Below are positions 8,658-17,273 of a stretch of DNA of 64,000 nucleotides, one piece after another. The translations under genes and the position numbers were made by a program. The notes below the pieces were generated by a model. It worked only from the letters and a program-made list of their open reading frames with translations. It was not told where the DNA came from and did no database searches. The DNA is from a virus (taxonomy: Duplodnaviria; Caudoviricetes). The DNA lies in IMG/VR virus record IMGVR_UViG_3300017755_000003, positions 20,218 through 84,217 of that record, one strand, 5' to 3'. Position 1 is the first letter of the stretch; each line of letters begins with the position of its first letter.

Positions 8658-10118
8658 ATGGGACACGGATTAGACGCAGTAAATAGAAGAAACGAAATTG
8701 AAGTTCAGTTTTCATATGATATGCCCGATGCATATTTGTATACAACTTCTAAAGAAGGTAAAGTAGGTCAATGGACTTATAAAGGCCCAGAAAAAATGTG
8801 GGTGTTTATGAGAAAAGTAGACAACAAACGTTCAGGAGAAGTTAGATACTCATACGAAGTTGAAGAAGGTTTTGTACCATCAGCACATGAGTACATGGTT
8901 CTAGTTGACTGTAAAGAAAATCCATTACTATGTGAGCTTATGGAAGTACACCAAGACACATTATTCTTGGAAGGTAGAGAACACGTAACAGAAACATTAC
9001 CACAAAAAGATATTAATGGTAATTACTTTAAGCATATTGAGCCTAAAGTTCCTACACCAGATCACACATACGATAGAGATGAAATTGTTTATGATCCGGT
9101 TGCAAAAGCATGGCCTACAAAATTTCCTTTTATTAAGCCACACACAGGTTGGGCTGAAATTAAAAAAGTACGTTGGTCACAACTATCATGGTCAGACTCA
9201 CACTTATCAGATGATATGCCAGAGAGTTTAGCAAATAACTGGAAACAGTTTAGACAAGAATTAAGAGATTTACCAGAAATTTATGGTGCTTGTTGGACAC
9301 CTACTATCACAGCAGGTGGAACAGGTTACTCAGTAGGCGATCACTTATTAGTTGATGCTACTGTATTAGGTTATTCAAATGATCAAATAGGAACATTAGA
9401 TGACTTATCAACACCAATGGGACAAAGACCAGGTTTTGATTTTGAAGCAGATCCAAATGATGGAGAAGCATGGAAACCAGATGCAACAGTTGATACTGCT
9501 AGTGGTTCATTAGACGTAAACATTATTGTTACAAGCATTGGACAAGACGGTGCTATTACTGGTGTTAGAACACGTAACGCCTTTAATGCTCGACACATGA
9601 AAGAAGCAAAAGTTATTAACAATGTAGCATATACTATTGTTAAAACAGGTGACAGTTCTACTACAGGAACAGGTGCTACATTTAAATTAGAAAAGAAAGT
9701 ACGTATTGATCCTTGGAAAGTTAGAATTCCACAATCACCAAAAGCTAAACAACCAGGTATTTGGGGCGAAAGCGATCAGTTCCCAGGACAAACTGGACGT
9801 TATGGTGCGGTTGTAAACGGTATGGACGCATCAACTACATTAGGTGATAACGTTCCAGATGGTACAGATGCTAATAACAGAGACAATCCAGCAGATGGTT
9901 GGCTAATGGAACACACATATCACCCTTCAACAGGACATATGATTCCACCAGAAATGGATGGACACTACTTTGGTACAGACCTAGCTAGATTAGGATTAAG
10001 CACAGACGGTACTCCATTCGACGATGGTGTAGCTGACGGCTTACCTGCGGCGCCTACAGACGCTAAAGGCAAGACTAGAATAGCTGGAACTATCACAGCC
10101 AGAAAACAAACTTCCTAA
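8658..10118 (+). CDS. Tail fibre assembly chaperone-like paralog with an added beta-repeat module and C-terminal extension
   Basis: Shares F.YD.PD.YL, Y.GP.K..VF, V..DC...L.C, PDH.Y.R and W..FRQ.LRD.P with 6353..7048, followed by a GGTGYSVGD module. Confidence 0.65.
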   Translation: MGHGLDAVNRRNEIEVQFSYDMPDAYLYTTSKEGKVGQWTYKGPEKMWVFMRKVDNKRSGEVRYSYEVEEGFVPSAHEYMVLVDCKENPLLCELMEVHQDTLFLEGREHVTETLPQKDINGNYFKHIEPKVPTPDHTYDRDEIVYDPVAKAWPTKFPFIKPHTGWAEIKKVRWSQLSWSDSHLSDDMPESLANNWKQFRQELRDLPEIYGACWTPTITAGGTGYSVGDHLLVDATVLGYSNDQIGTLDDLSTPMGQRPGFDFEADPNDGEAWKPDATVDTASGSLDVNIIVTSIGQDGAITGVRTRNAFNARHMKEAKVINNVAYTIVKTGDSSTTGTGATFKLEKKVRIDPWKVRIPQSPKAKQPGIWGESDQFPGQTGRYGAVVNGMDASTTLGDNVPDGTDANNRDNPADGWLMEHTYHPSTGHMIPPEMDGHYFGTDLARLGLSTDGTPFDDGVADGLPAAPTDAKGKTRIAGTITARKQTS

Positions 10119-10191
10119 TATAATTCCTTTTAAATAACTGTATAATGCTTGTTATATAAGCATGAATTACGCACAGTTAAAAGGATGATAA

Positions 10192-11169
10192 ATGACAACA
10201 GATAAAAGAAGTTCAGCTATTTTTATTAATGGCGGTGCCGGTCGTGTGATAGCATCTATCCCTGCTCTAGAAAAGTTTCAAGAAGAAAACCCAGATGATA
10301 ACTTTGTTGTTGTTTGTGAAGGAGGTACTGATTTCTTTAAAGGTCATCCTACTTTATATGCTAGAGTATATGATCATTGGCACAAAGGCTTATTTACAGA
10401 TAAGTTAAAAGAACGTGAATTGATTACACCAGAGCCTTACAGGGTTTGGGAGTATTATAATCAGTTATGTAGTATTGCTCAAGCATATGATATTGCAATC
10501 AATAAAAAAGGTTTACGTGAACTACACAAACCTAAAATTAAGTTAAACAAAGAAGAAATGATCTTTGGTAAAAAACTTGTTGATGAAGTTAGAGAAAAAA
10601 CTAAAAAAGACAAGGTAGTAGTATTCCAACCATTTGGTAGAACAACACAACACGAAAACGGTATGATTTCAGACTACAGTGGTAGAAGTTTTGAAGCTGA
10701 AAATTCAGTTAATATTGTTAAAAAACTTTCTAAAAAATATGGCGTAATTCATATGGCAGAGTTTGGCATTGACTTTTCTAAACACAAAGTAAAAGAAGCA
10801 GTAGCAAGTCCTATGGGTGCAGACCTTAGACATTGGGCTGGCATTATTGCAAATGCAGATTACTTCTTAGGTTGTGATAGTTCAGGACAACACATGGTCC
10901 ATGCACTAGATAAAAAATGTACAGTAGTAATTGGATCAACTTTTCCTGTTAACGTTTCTTATCCAGGTGATGAAAACTTTGATATTTTAGATATGGGTGC
11001 AGGTGCAAGAACTTACAGTCCAATTAGAGTTACACATGATGAGTTTTCAGATAGAACCAATGATGGTGTTATGGCAATGAACGATAAAGTTGAAGATATT
11101 ATTGTTGAGTCAGTTACTAACGGACTTAAAGGCGGACCTAAACTAGGACCTAAATACCAAGAAGAATAA
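10192..11169 (+). CDS. Glycosyltransferase family 9-like (heptosyltransferase-like)
   Basis: N-terminal GGAGRVIASIPAL and C-terminal IIANADYFLGCDSSGQHMVHALDKKCTVVIGST match the GT9 pattern (G.DSG..H.A.A). Confidence 0.7.
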   Translation: MTTDKRSSAIFINGGAGRVIASIPALEKFQEENPDDNFVVVCEGGTDFFKGHPTLYARVYDHWHKGLFTDKLKERELITPEPYRVWEYYNQLCSIAQAYDIAINKKGLRELHKPKIKLNKEEMIFGKKLVDEVREKTKKDKVVVFQPFGRTTQHENGMISDYSGRSFEAENSVNIVKKLSKKYGVIHMAEFGIDFSKHKVKEAVASPMGADLRHWAGIIANADYFLGCDSSGQHMVHALDKKCTVVIGSTFPVNVSYPGDENFDILDMGAGARTYSPIRVTHDEFSDRTNDGVMAMNDKVEDIIVESVTNGLKGGPKLGPKYQEE

Positions 11170-11170
11170 G

Positions 11171-11989
11171 ATGGATAGGCTGTATACATTCGGCTGTTCA
11201 TATACATCTTGGAACTGGCCTACATGGGCAGACATCATGAGCCTCGAAGCAAACTATTACGAGAATTGGGGTCATGCTGGTTTAGGTAATCGTGCTATTG
11301 CTGAACGTGTAGCAGAATGTAACATAAAAAATAAATTCAATCACAAAGATCAAGTTGTAGTACAATGGACTAGTCATCTAAGACACGACTGGTTAAACTT
11401 TAAACACAAAGAACCTTGGCAAACAAAAGGAAGTATGTTCAGTTATCAGAACGAAGAACTATATGATAAAAAATGGATTGATACTTTTTACGACGAGAAA
11501 GCATATTTCTTACATACATTACACGCAATAGAATTAACAAAAGGGTTGTTAGAATCTACAGGGTGTGAATTTTACTTTACAAGTATAAGCAATCTTAATA
11601 CACTAGGTACAGACATACCGCATCAAACCGGACATGGTGAAAACTTAAGAAACACACCAGAACTTGCAAACGGTATTGAGGAGTTTGGCTTAGAAGAATA
11701 TAGTGATGTGCTTAAAGGAGATCATTGGTTATGTCCAATTGGTATTCATGCTTGGAATAGACCTGATTTACAGTGGTGGTTTGAAAATGAACAAGGTAAC
11801 AAGTGGGTAGAACTACATCCTAGTCCTAATCAACACTTGGATTGGGTACATAATCACAACCAGAACGTAACTAAAGAACAAGAAAATTTGATAGATACTA
11901 CTAATAGTGCAAAAACTAACGACTACAAAGAAACTATCGCAAACATTACTCGCACAGTAGATTGGGATAGAAAGTATAGAGGATTTTAA
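11171..11989 (+). CDS. SGNH/GDSL-like hydrolase or acyltransferase-like protein
   Basis: FGCSYT block, G.AG.GN, VQWT..R.D and C-terminal HPS..QH. Confidence 0.55.
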   Translation: MDRLYTFGCSYTSWNWPTWADIMSLEANYYENWGHAGLGNRAIAERVAECNIKNKFNHKDQVVVQWTSHLRHDWLNFKHKEPWQTKGSMFSYQNEELYDKKWIDTFYDEKAYFLHTLHAIELTKGLLESTGCEFYFTSISNLNTLGTDIPHQTGHGENLRNTPELANGIEEFGLEEYSDVLKGDHWLCPIGIHAWNRPDLQWWFENEQGNKWVELHPSPNQHLDWVHNHNQNVTKEQENLIDTTNSAKTNDYKETIANITRTVDWDRKYRGF

Positions 11990-13792
11990 ATGGATAAGAA
12001 ACCAGTTTGGATCGCCGGTATTGCTAGAGGACACAACGCAGGTGTTTGCTTATTAAAAGATGGCAAGATCGTATTTGCAATAGAAGAAGAAAGACTAACA
12101 CGTCAGAAATATGATGGTGGTCCTTATGCTTCTATGATGAAAATTTTAGAATACACAGACAAACTAGATTTCTTATGTGTTGCACACACACAAAATTTAC
12201 AAAGAACAGCAGGTAGAGTAGACTTTAGTGGAGACGATGTTTACACAGGACTTGCACGTAAGATGGGATTAATAAGCAGAAAGCCTTATAACCCAGAAGA
12301 AAATCACCCACAAGTTATTGACATGAGTCATATACATCATAAGCTACACGCCGCTACAGCTTTTTATAGATCAGGATTTGATCAAGCAGTAGCAGTTATT
12401 GTAGATGGTGCAGGAACATTTATTGATTTACAAACAAATCAAGAACCTATGACTGTATGGGAAACAGAAACAATATACGATTGTACATATCCAGATAATT
12501 TTAAAACTATGTACAAGCATCTAGGTACTAACGGTCCTATTACATCACAATATCTAAAAAATATGTCAAGTGAATTATATGACGAACCTAAGGAATGGAC
12601 ACATGATGCATTTCTTACAGAGAACGCAGGTATTGTAAAAACATACGAAGCAGTAACTGAATACTGTGGCTTTAGTTTTATTGAAGCAGGTAAAACAATG
12701 GGATTATTTCCATATGGTAAGCCTAGTGATATAAAATTATGGAGAGAAGACAGTATGTGGCCGTTGTCTGATAGACAAATGATTGTGCCTACATATCCAA
12801 ATGGTGCTCACGTAAACTATAACTTGTTTGAATATCTTGCAACGCACGATAATGAAGATGTAAGCAAATTAGATAATAGAAGAGACATGGCTTATGCTGT
12901 ACAAACACAATCACAGGATCAAGTTGTAAAACTAATTAGACGTGCAGTTGAAATATCAGGTAAAAATAAAGTTGTTATTAGTGGAGGTTATGGACTTAAC
13001 TGTGTAGCAAACTATGAATATTTAGATCAACTAAAAGACGATAACATTCAAATCTATGTTGAACCAGTAAGTAACGATGCAGGAACGGCCATGGGTGCGG
13101 CAATGTTAATGCACAGAAAACTTACAAAGGATAACACAGTACAAGAACAGCAAGATACATTATACGAAGGTCCTGCTTATAGTTACTCAGATGAAGAAAT
13201 TAATAATGCTGTAGAAAAGTATGGTGCAACAGTTGAAGAAGCAGATGATAATAAAGTTGTTGACATCTTAGCTGATAGAAAGATTTGTACTATCTTCCAA
13301 GGACGTAGTGAAAATGGTCCTCGTGCATTAGGTAACAGAACTATTATGTATGATCCAAGTGACCCCGATGGTAAGGATCATGTTAATCTTATTAAACGTA
13401 GAGAATATTTTAGACCATTTGCAGGTAGCATACTAGAAGAAGATGTGCATGAATGGTTTGATTTACGTGGAATGGAAAGTTCACCAACAATGATGTATGC
13501 TGTAAACTGTCAACCAGGTATTGCAGAAAGAATTCCAAGCATCATACACGTTGACGGAACTTGCAGAATACAAACTGTAAGTGAAAAACAAAATCCTCAT
13601 TACTATAAGTTAATTAAGGCGTGGAAAGAAAAGACAGGACTGTCAATTATTTTCAATACAAGTTTTAATTTAGGTGGAGAGCCATTAGTTGAAACGTTAG
13701 ATGATGCTGTACGCACATTGAAACACAGCGACATTGAGTACTTGTACCTACCTGAATATAACAAACTTATAACGCTGAAAAATGACGGATAA
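11990..13792 (+). CDS. O-carbamoyltransferase (NodU/CmcH/TobZ family)
   Basis: EEERL.R.K, HHKLHA, DGAG, GG..LNC.AN, NDAG.AMGAA, GPRALGNR, KRRE.FRPFA, HVDGT.R.QT, NTSFN motifs. Confidence 0.92.
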   Translation: MDKKPVWIAGIARGHNAGVCLLKDGKIVFAIEEERLTRQKYDGGPYASMMKILEYTDKLDFLCVAHTQNLQRTAGRVDFSGDDVYTGLARKMGLISRKPYNPEENHPQVIDMSHIHHKLHAATAFYRSGFDQAVAVIVDGAGTFIDLQTNQEPMTVWETETIYDCTYPDNFKTMYKHLGTNGPITSQYLKNMSSELYDEPKEWTHDAFLTENAGIVKTYEAVTEYCGFSFIEAGKTMGLFPYGKPSDIKLWREDSMWPLSDRQMIVPTYPNGAHVNYNLFEYLATHDNEDVSKLDNRRDMAYAVQTQSQDQVVKLIRRAVEISGKNKVVISGGYGLNCVANYEYLDQLKDDNIQIYVEPVSNDAGTAMGAAMLMHRKLTKDNTVQEQQDTLYEGPAYSYSDEEINNAVEKYGATVEEADDNKVVDILADRKICTIFQGRSENGPRALGNRTIMYDPSDPDGKDHVNLIKRREYFRPFAGSILEEDVHEWFDLRGMESSPTMMYAVNCQPGIAERIPSIIHVDGTCRIQTVSEKQNPHYYKLIKAWKEKTGLSIIFNTSFNLGGEPLVETLDDAVRTLKHSDIEYLYLPEYNKLITLKNDG

Positions 13793-14417
13793 CTTTACAC
13801 AATACTTCGACACAAAAATATACTGGACAGACGAAATTGACGGTTGTGGTAACACCATGATCGATGACTTCCTTGATGCAACAAGTTTCATTACACAAGA
13901 TAAAAAATTTTATAATACATTAGAATGGTGTAGTGGTCCAGGCTTTTGGGGATTTGGTTTACTAGGTACAGGTAAAACAGAAAAGATTACATTATCAGAT
14001 GTATGGGAACCGAACAAACCAGCAGTACTACAAACAATATTACAAAATAATCTAGATGAAAAGGCACAGTTTTTTTTAAGTGACAATTTTACAAACATTC
14101 CTGAACAAACTTTTGACCTAATTGTAGCTAATCCTCCACATTTCAACGGTGACCCGTATGTTGCACACTATGATGATCCAAGGAAATACAAAGATTTAGA
14201 CTGGTCTATACACAAAAACTTCTTTGATAACGTAGAAAAATACCTATCAACAGACGGTGTTATTGTTCTTGCTGAAAATGTATGGGGATCAAATCCTGAT
14301 ACATTTAAAGACATGATTGAAAAGAATAACTTAAAAATTACACATCATTTCCCTTCTAAACAGTATCCATTAGATATGTGGTATTTGGGAATCGCGAGAG
14401 AATCCGCGGAGCGGTAA
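13782..14417 (+). CDS. Class I SAM-dependent methyltransferase (NPPx type)
   Basis: EWCSGPG SAM-binding motif and DLIVANPPHF. Confidence 0.8.
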   Translation: MTDNFTQYFDTKIYWTDEIDGCGNTMIDDFLDATSFITQDKKFYNTLEWCSGPGFWGFGLLGTGKTEKITLSDVWEPNKPAVLQTILQNNLDEKAQFFLSDNFTNIPEQTFDLIVANPPHFNGDPYVAHYDDPRKYKDLDWSIHKNFFDNVEKYLSTDGVIVLAENVWGSNPDTFKDMIEKNNLKITHHFPSKQYPLDMWYLGIARESAER

Positions 14418-14456
14418 AACGCAAATTTAATGCCGCGAAGCGGTAAAAAGCGGTAA
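14404..14456 (+). repeat. Short GC-rich direct repeats CCGCG(G/A)AGCGGTAAAA x2 plus a partial third AAGCGGTAA
   Basis: 14404-14419, 14433-14448 and 14448-14456 read directly from the sequence. Confidence 0.7.
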
Positions 14457-14513
14457 TATGCTTTAGGACGTAAGCCGCTACTAATTGAATAAATACTACA
14501 AAGAGGATGTTTA

Positions 14514-16211
14514 ATGGCGTTTGATATCAGTAAGTTTTTCCGTAAAGGACAAAACAACACAATAGAATTTAGAGGCGGTAGTAACCTAAGTTATGCCGGT
14601 CCTTCTGCTACACTTGTAGAAAATGGTACTGAATTAGACCGTTGGTATGTTGGTTCTTATTTCGGCGTAGAATACACTATTGCTTGTGATGTGAACTCAG
14701 CACGTAAAGAAATCATTAAATGCCTATGTACAGCAAGTACAAGCACAGCAAACATAGTAATATACGGTAGAAGTAACCTAGGTAATGATTTATTACAGCT
14801 AGAAGTTGAAGTAACAGACGCTTACTTTAAACTTATGGCATATCCAAAGGTACAGGAAGATTCAACTAATATTACCGGAGCAAAAGTCATACATAGTGCA
14901 AACTATTATGCAACACTAAACGAACCAGGACCTGTTATTGCAGGATCAAGTTCAAGTGCATACGATCCAACTTACACATTATCAAGATCTACTTCATTGG
15001 TTAATGAAGGACAATCATTTAGCATTACACTTATTACAACAAACGTCAATGCAGGTACAACTGTTCCATTTACAATTACTGGAGTACAGAGTGCAGACAT
15101 TGGTGGAGCAGACCTTACAGGAAACTTTATAACTGGAACCACTGATACATTTACGTATCCAATAGCATTAGACTTACAAACTGAAGGTCCAGAAACATTT
15201 ACAATGACATTGGATGGTATAACTCCAACCACTGCGGCCAACGTAACCATAGCAGACACATCACAGACTCCTGCAATTACTTACAACTTGACAACAAGTG
15301 TAGGAAACGTTTCAGAGGGTGACACATTTAGAGTCACACTAACAACAGGTAACGTTGCGGCAGGAACTGAATTATCTTATACGGTAACTGGAGTTGATGC
15401 GGCTGACTTATCAGCAGGTAACGTAACAGGATCATTTGTTGTAGGAACAACAGAATTCCTTGACTTTACACTTGCAGAAGATACAACAACTGAAGGCATT
15501 GAAAGTTTTATGATTTCATTGGACAACGGACAAGCAACTGCACAGATACAGGTTGCAGATACTTCACAAGCGGCGGCAGTAGAAAGCTACAGCTTAGGAC
15601 GTTCGGCGGCAACTGTAAACGAAGGTGGAACATTTACTATCACACTTACAACTGAAAATATTGCACCAGGTACGAGTTTGCCTTACACTATCACAGGTGT
15701 ACAAACTGGAGACATCGGCAATACTGCTCTAACAGGAGACTTTATTGTTGGCACAACTGATTCAAGAGTGTTTAACGTTACAGCAGATTTAACAACTGAA
15801 GGTTCAGAAGTTTTCCAACTTGCATTAGACAACGGTGAAGCTACTGTAGGCGTAACCATTGCTGATACAAGCATAACACCAGGTAACAACTATACTGTTA
15901 ACGTATCCAATGCAGGTGCAGGTGCATACACATTATCAGGTACTGATAGAAACGGAAGTGTAACTGGAAATAATCAACAGATTAATTTAAATGTTAACGA
16001 CAACTTAACATTAACAATGAATGCGGCGGGACATCCGTTGTATCTAAAAACAACAAACTCGACAGGTACAAGTTATCAAGTTACAAACCCAACTGCGGTC
16101 AACCAAGGTGCGGTTACAGGTAACATAACTTGGACACCTAGTGCGACTGGTACATATCACTATAACTGTCAATACCATAGTGCTATGCACGGCTTAATTG
16201 TGGTAAGCTAA
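14514..16211 (+). CDS. Virion protein with three Calx-beta/Ig-like repeats and a C-terminal cupredoxin (type-1 Cu) domain
   Basis: Three repeats of Y.L..S...V.EG..F..TL.T.N...GT...Y/FT.TGV...D; C-terminus GHP...GTYHYNCQYHSAMHGLIVV. Confidence 0.75.
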   Translation: MAFDISKFFRKGQNNTIEFRGGSNLSYAGPSATLVENGTELDRWYVGSYFGVEYTIACDVNSARKEIIKCLCTASTSTANIVIYGRSNLGNDLLQLEVEVTDAYFKLMAYPKVQEDSTNITGAKVIHSANYYATLNEPGPVIAGSSSSAYDPTYTLSRSTSLVNEGQSFSITLITTNVNAGTTVPFTITGVQSADIGGADLTGNFITGTTDTFTYPIALDLQTEGPETFTMTLDGITPTTAANVTIADTSQTPAITYNLTTSVGNVSEGDTFRVTLTTGNVAAGTELSYTVTGVDAADLSAGNVTGSFVVGTTEFLDFTLAEDTTTEGIESFMISLDNGQATAQIQVADTSQAAAVESYSLGRSAATVNEGGTFTITLTTENIAPGTSLPYTITGVQTGDIGNTALTGDFIVGTTDSRVFNVTADLTTEGSEVFQLALDNGEATVGVTIADTSITPGNNYTVNVSNAGAGAYTLSGTDRNGSVTGNNQQINLNVNDNLTLTMNAAGHPLYLKTTNSTGTSYQVTNPTAVNQGAVTGNITWTPSATGTYHYNCQYHSAMHGLIVVS

Positions 16212-16239
16212 ATGAAGGTAAATACAATAGGAGCATAAT

Positions 16240-17268
16240 ATGGCAGTCGTAAAATCAGCATTTGAGGCACAACATGGATTTAAATCTCCAGGATTCACAG
16301 TAGATGAAGCAGGTAACGTTACTCTTAGAAGTGTAACATATACGGTTACCGACGAAGTAACTGATGTATCAGGTGACTATGTTGTTAGAGATGCAGGTGG
16401 TAACTTTACATTTGATGCAGAATTTCAAGAAGATGGTACAACACTAAAAGTAAATCCAGGTGTTACACTAACAAGAGGTAGTGCATACGTATTCAACTTG
16501 ATACTAAGATCAGTTAACCAAGCAGGACAAACTCTTGGTAACATGAGTTTAAACATTTTTTCAAATGACGGCACAGGATACACATTATATAACACTGGCG
16601 TATCACACACAGCTCTTGATGGACAAACAAAATTAGAATTATCAGAAGCACAAGGACAGTTTTCAGGAAAGGTAACGTTTACAGTTCCTACAAATGCTCC
16701 AAATGAATTATATTACGGAGACGGTGATCAAACTCCAATAGGTATATTAACAATTATTGACCCGACTATTACTGGTGTTGGTAGTTTTTCAAGCATACTT
16801 ACAACGGGTAACGTCACAGCACAAGGTGAAAATGCTGTAATTACACTAGCACCTACAGGAAGTTCAGGTACAGTTGTAATTAATCCATCAAATGGTGGAA
16901 CATTAAGTAACATGGATGTTAACGCACTACGTTTAACAACCACAGATAACGTTACAATTAATGGTGAAAACGCAGACATTAGAATTGTTCCTACAGGATC
17001 AGCAGGTACAGTATTAATAAATCCTAGTGCAGGAGGTAGCATAGATAATGTTAATTTAGGTGCTACAACACCCGGAACTGTATCAGCCACAATTTTAACG
17101 GCGAGTGCAGGAACGATAAATAATACAAAGATAGGAAATACTAAACCAAGTACTGCTACCTTTACCGTTGCAAACGTTCAAGCAAAACCAGTTAGTCCAA
17201 CTGGGGCCGCCAACAAGAAATATGTTGATAATAGAGCAACTGCATTGGCAATAGCATTAGGAAGTTAA
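16240..17268 (+). CDS. Putative tail fibre-type structural protein with a degenerate cupredoxin-like domain
   Basis: NPGVTLTRGSAYVFNL...VTFTVPTNAPNELYY; repeated V.INPS.GG; C-terminal P.SPT.AANKKYVD fibre motif. Confidence 0.6.
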   Translation: MAVVKSAFEAQHGFKSPGFTVDEAGNVTLRSVTYTVTDEVTDVSGDYVVRDAGGNFTFDAEFQEDGTTLKVNPGVTLTRGSAYVFNLILRSVNQAGQTLGNMSLNIFSNDGTGYTLYNTGVSHTALDGQTKLELSEAQGQFSGKVTFTVPTNAPNELYYGDGDQTPIGILTIIDPTITGVGSFSSILTTGNVTAQGENAVITLAPTGSSGTVVINPSNGGTLSNMDVNALRLTTTDNVTINGENADIRIVPTGSAGTVLINPSAGGSIDNVNLGATTPGTVSATILTASAGTINNTKIGNTKPSTATFTVANVQAKPVSPTGAANKKYVDNRATALAIALGS

Positions 17269-17273
17269 ATTAG

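Noticed and set aside
14404-14456. Mini CRISPR array
   Set aside because: The repeats are only 9-16 nt with irregular short spacing, and there are no cas genes
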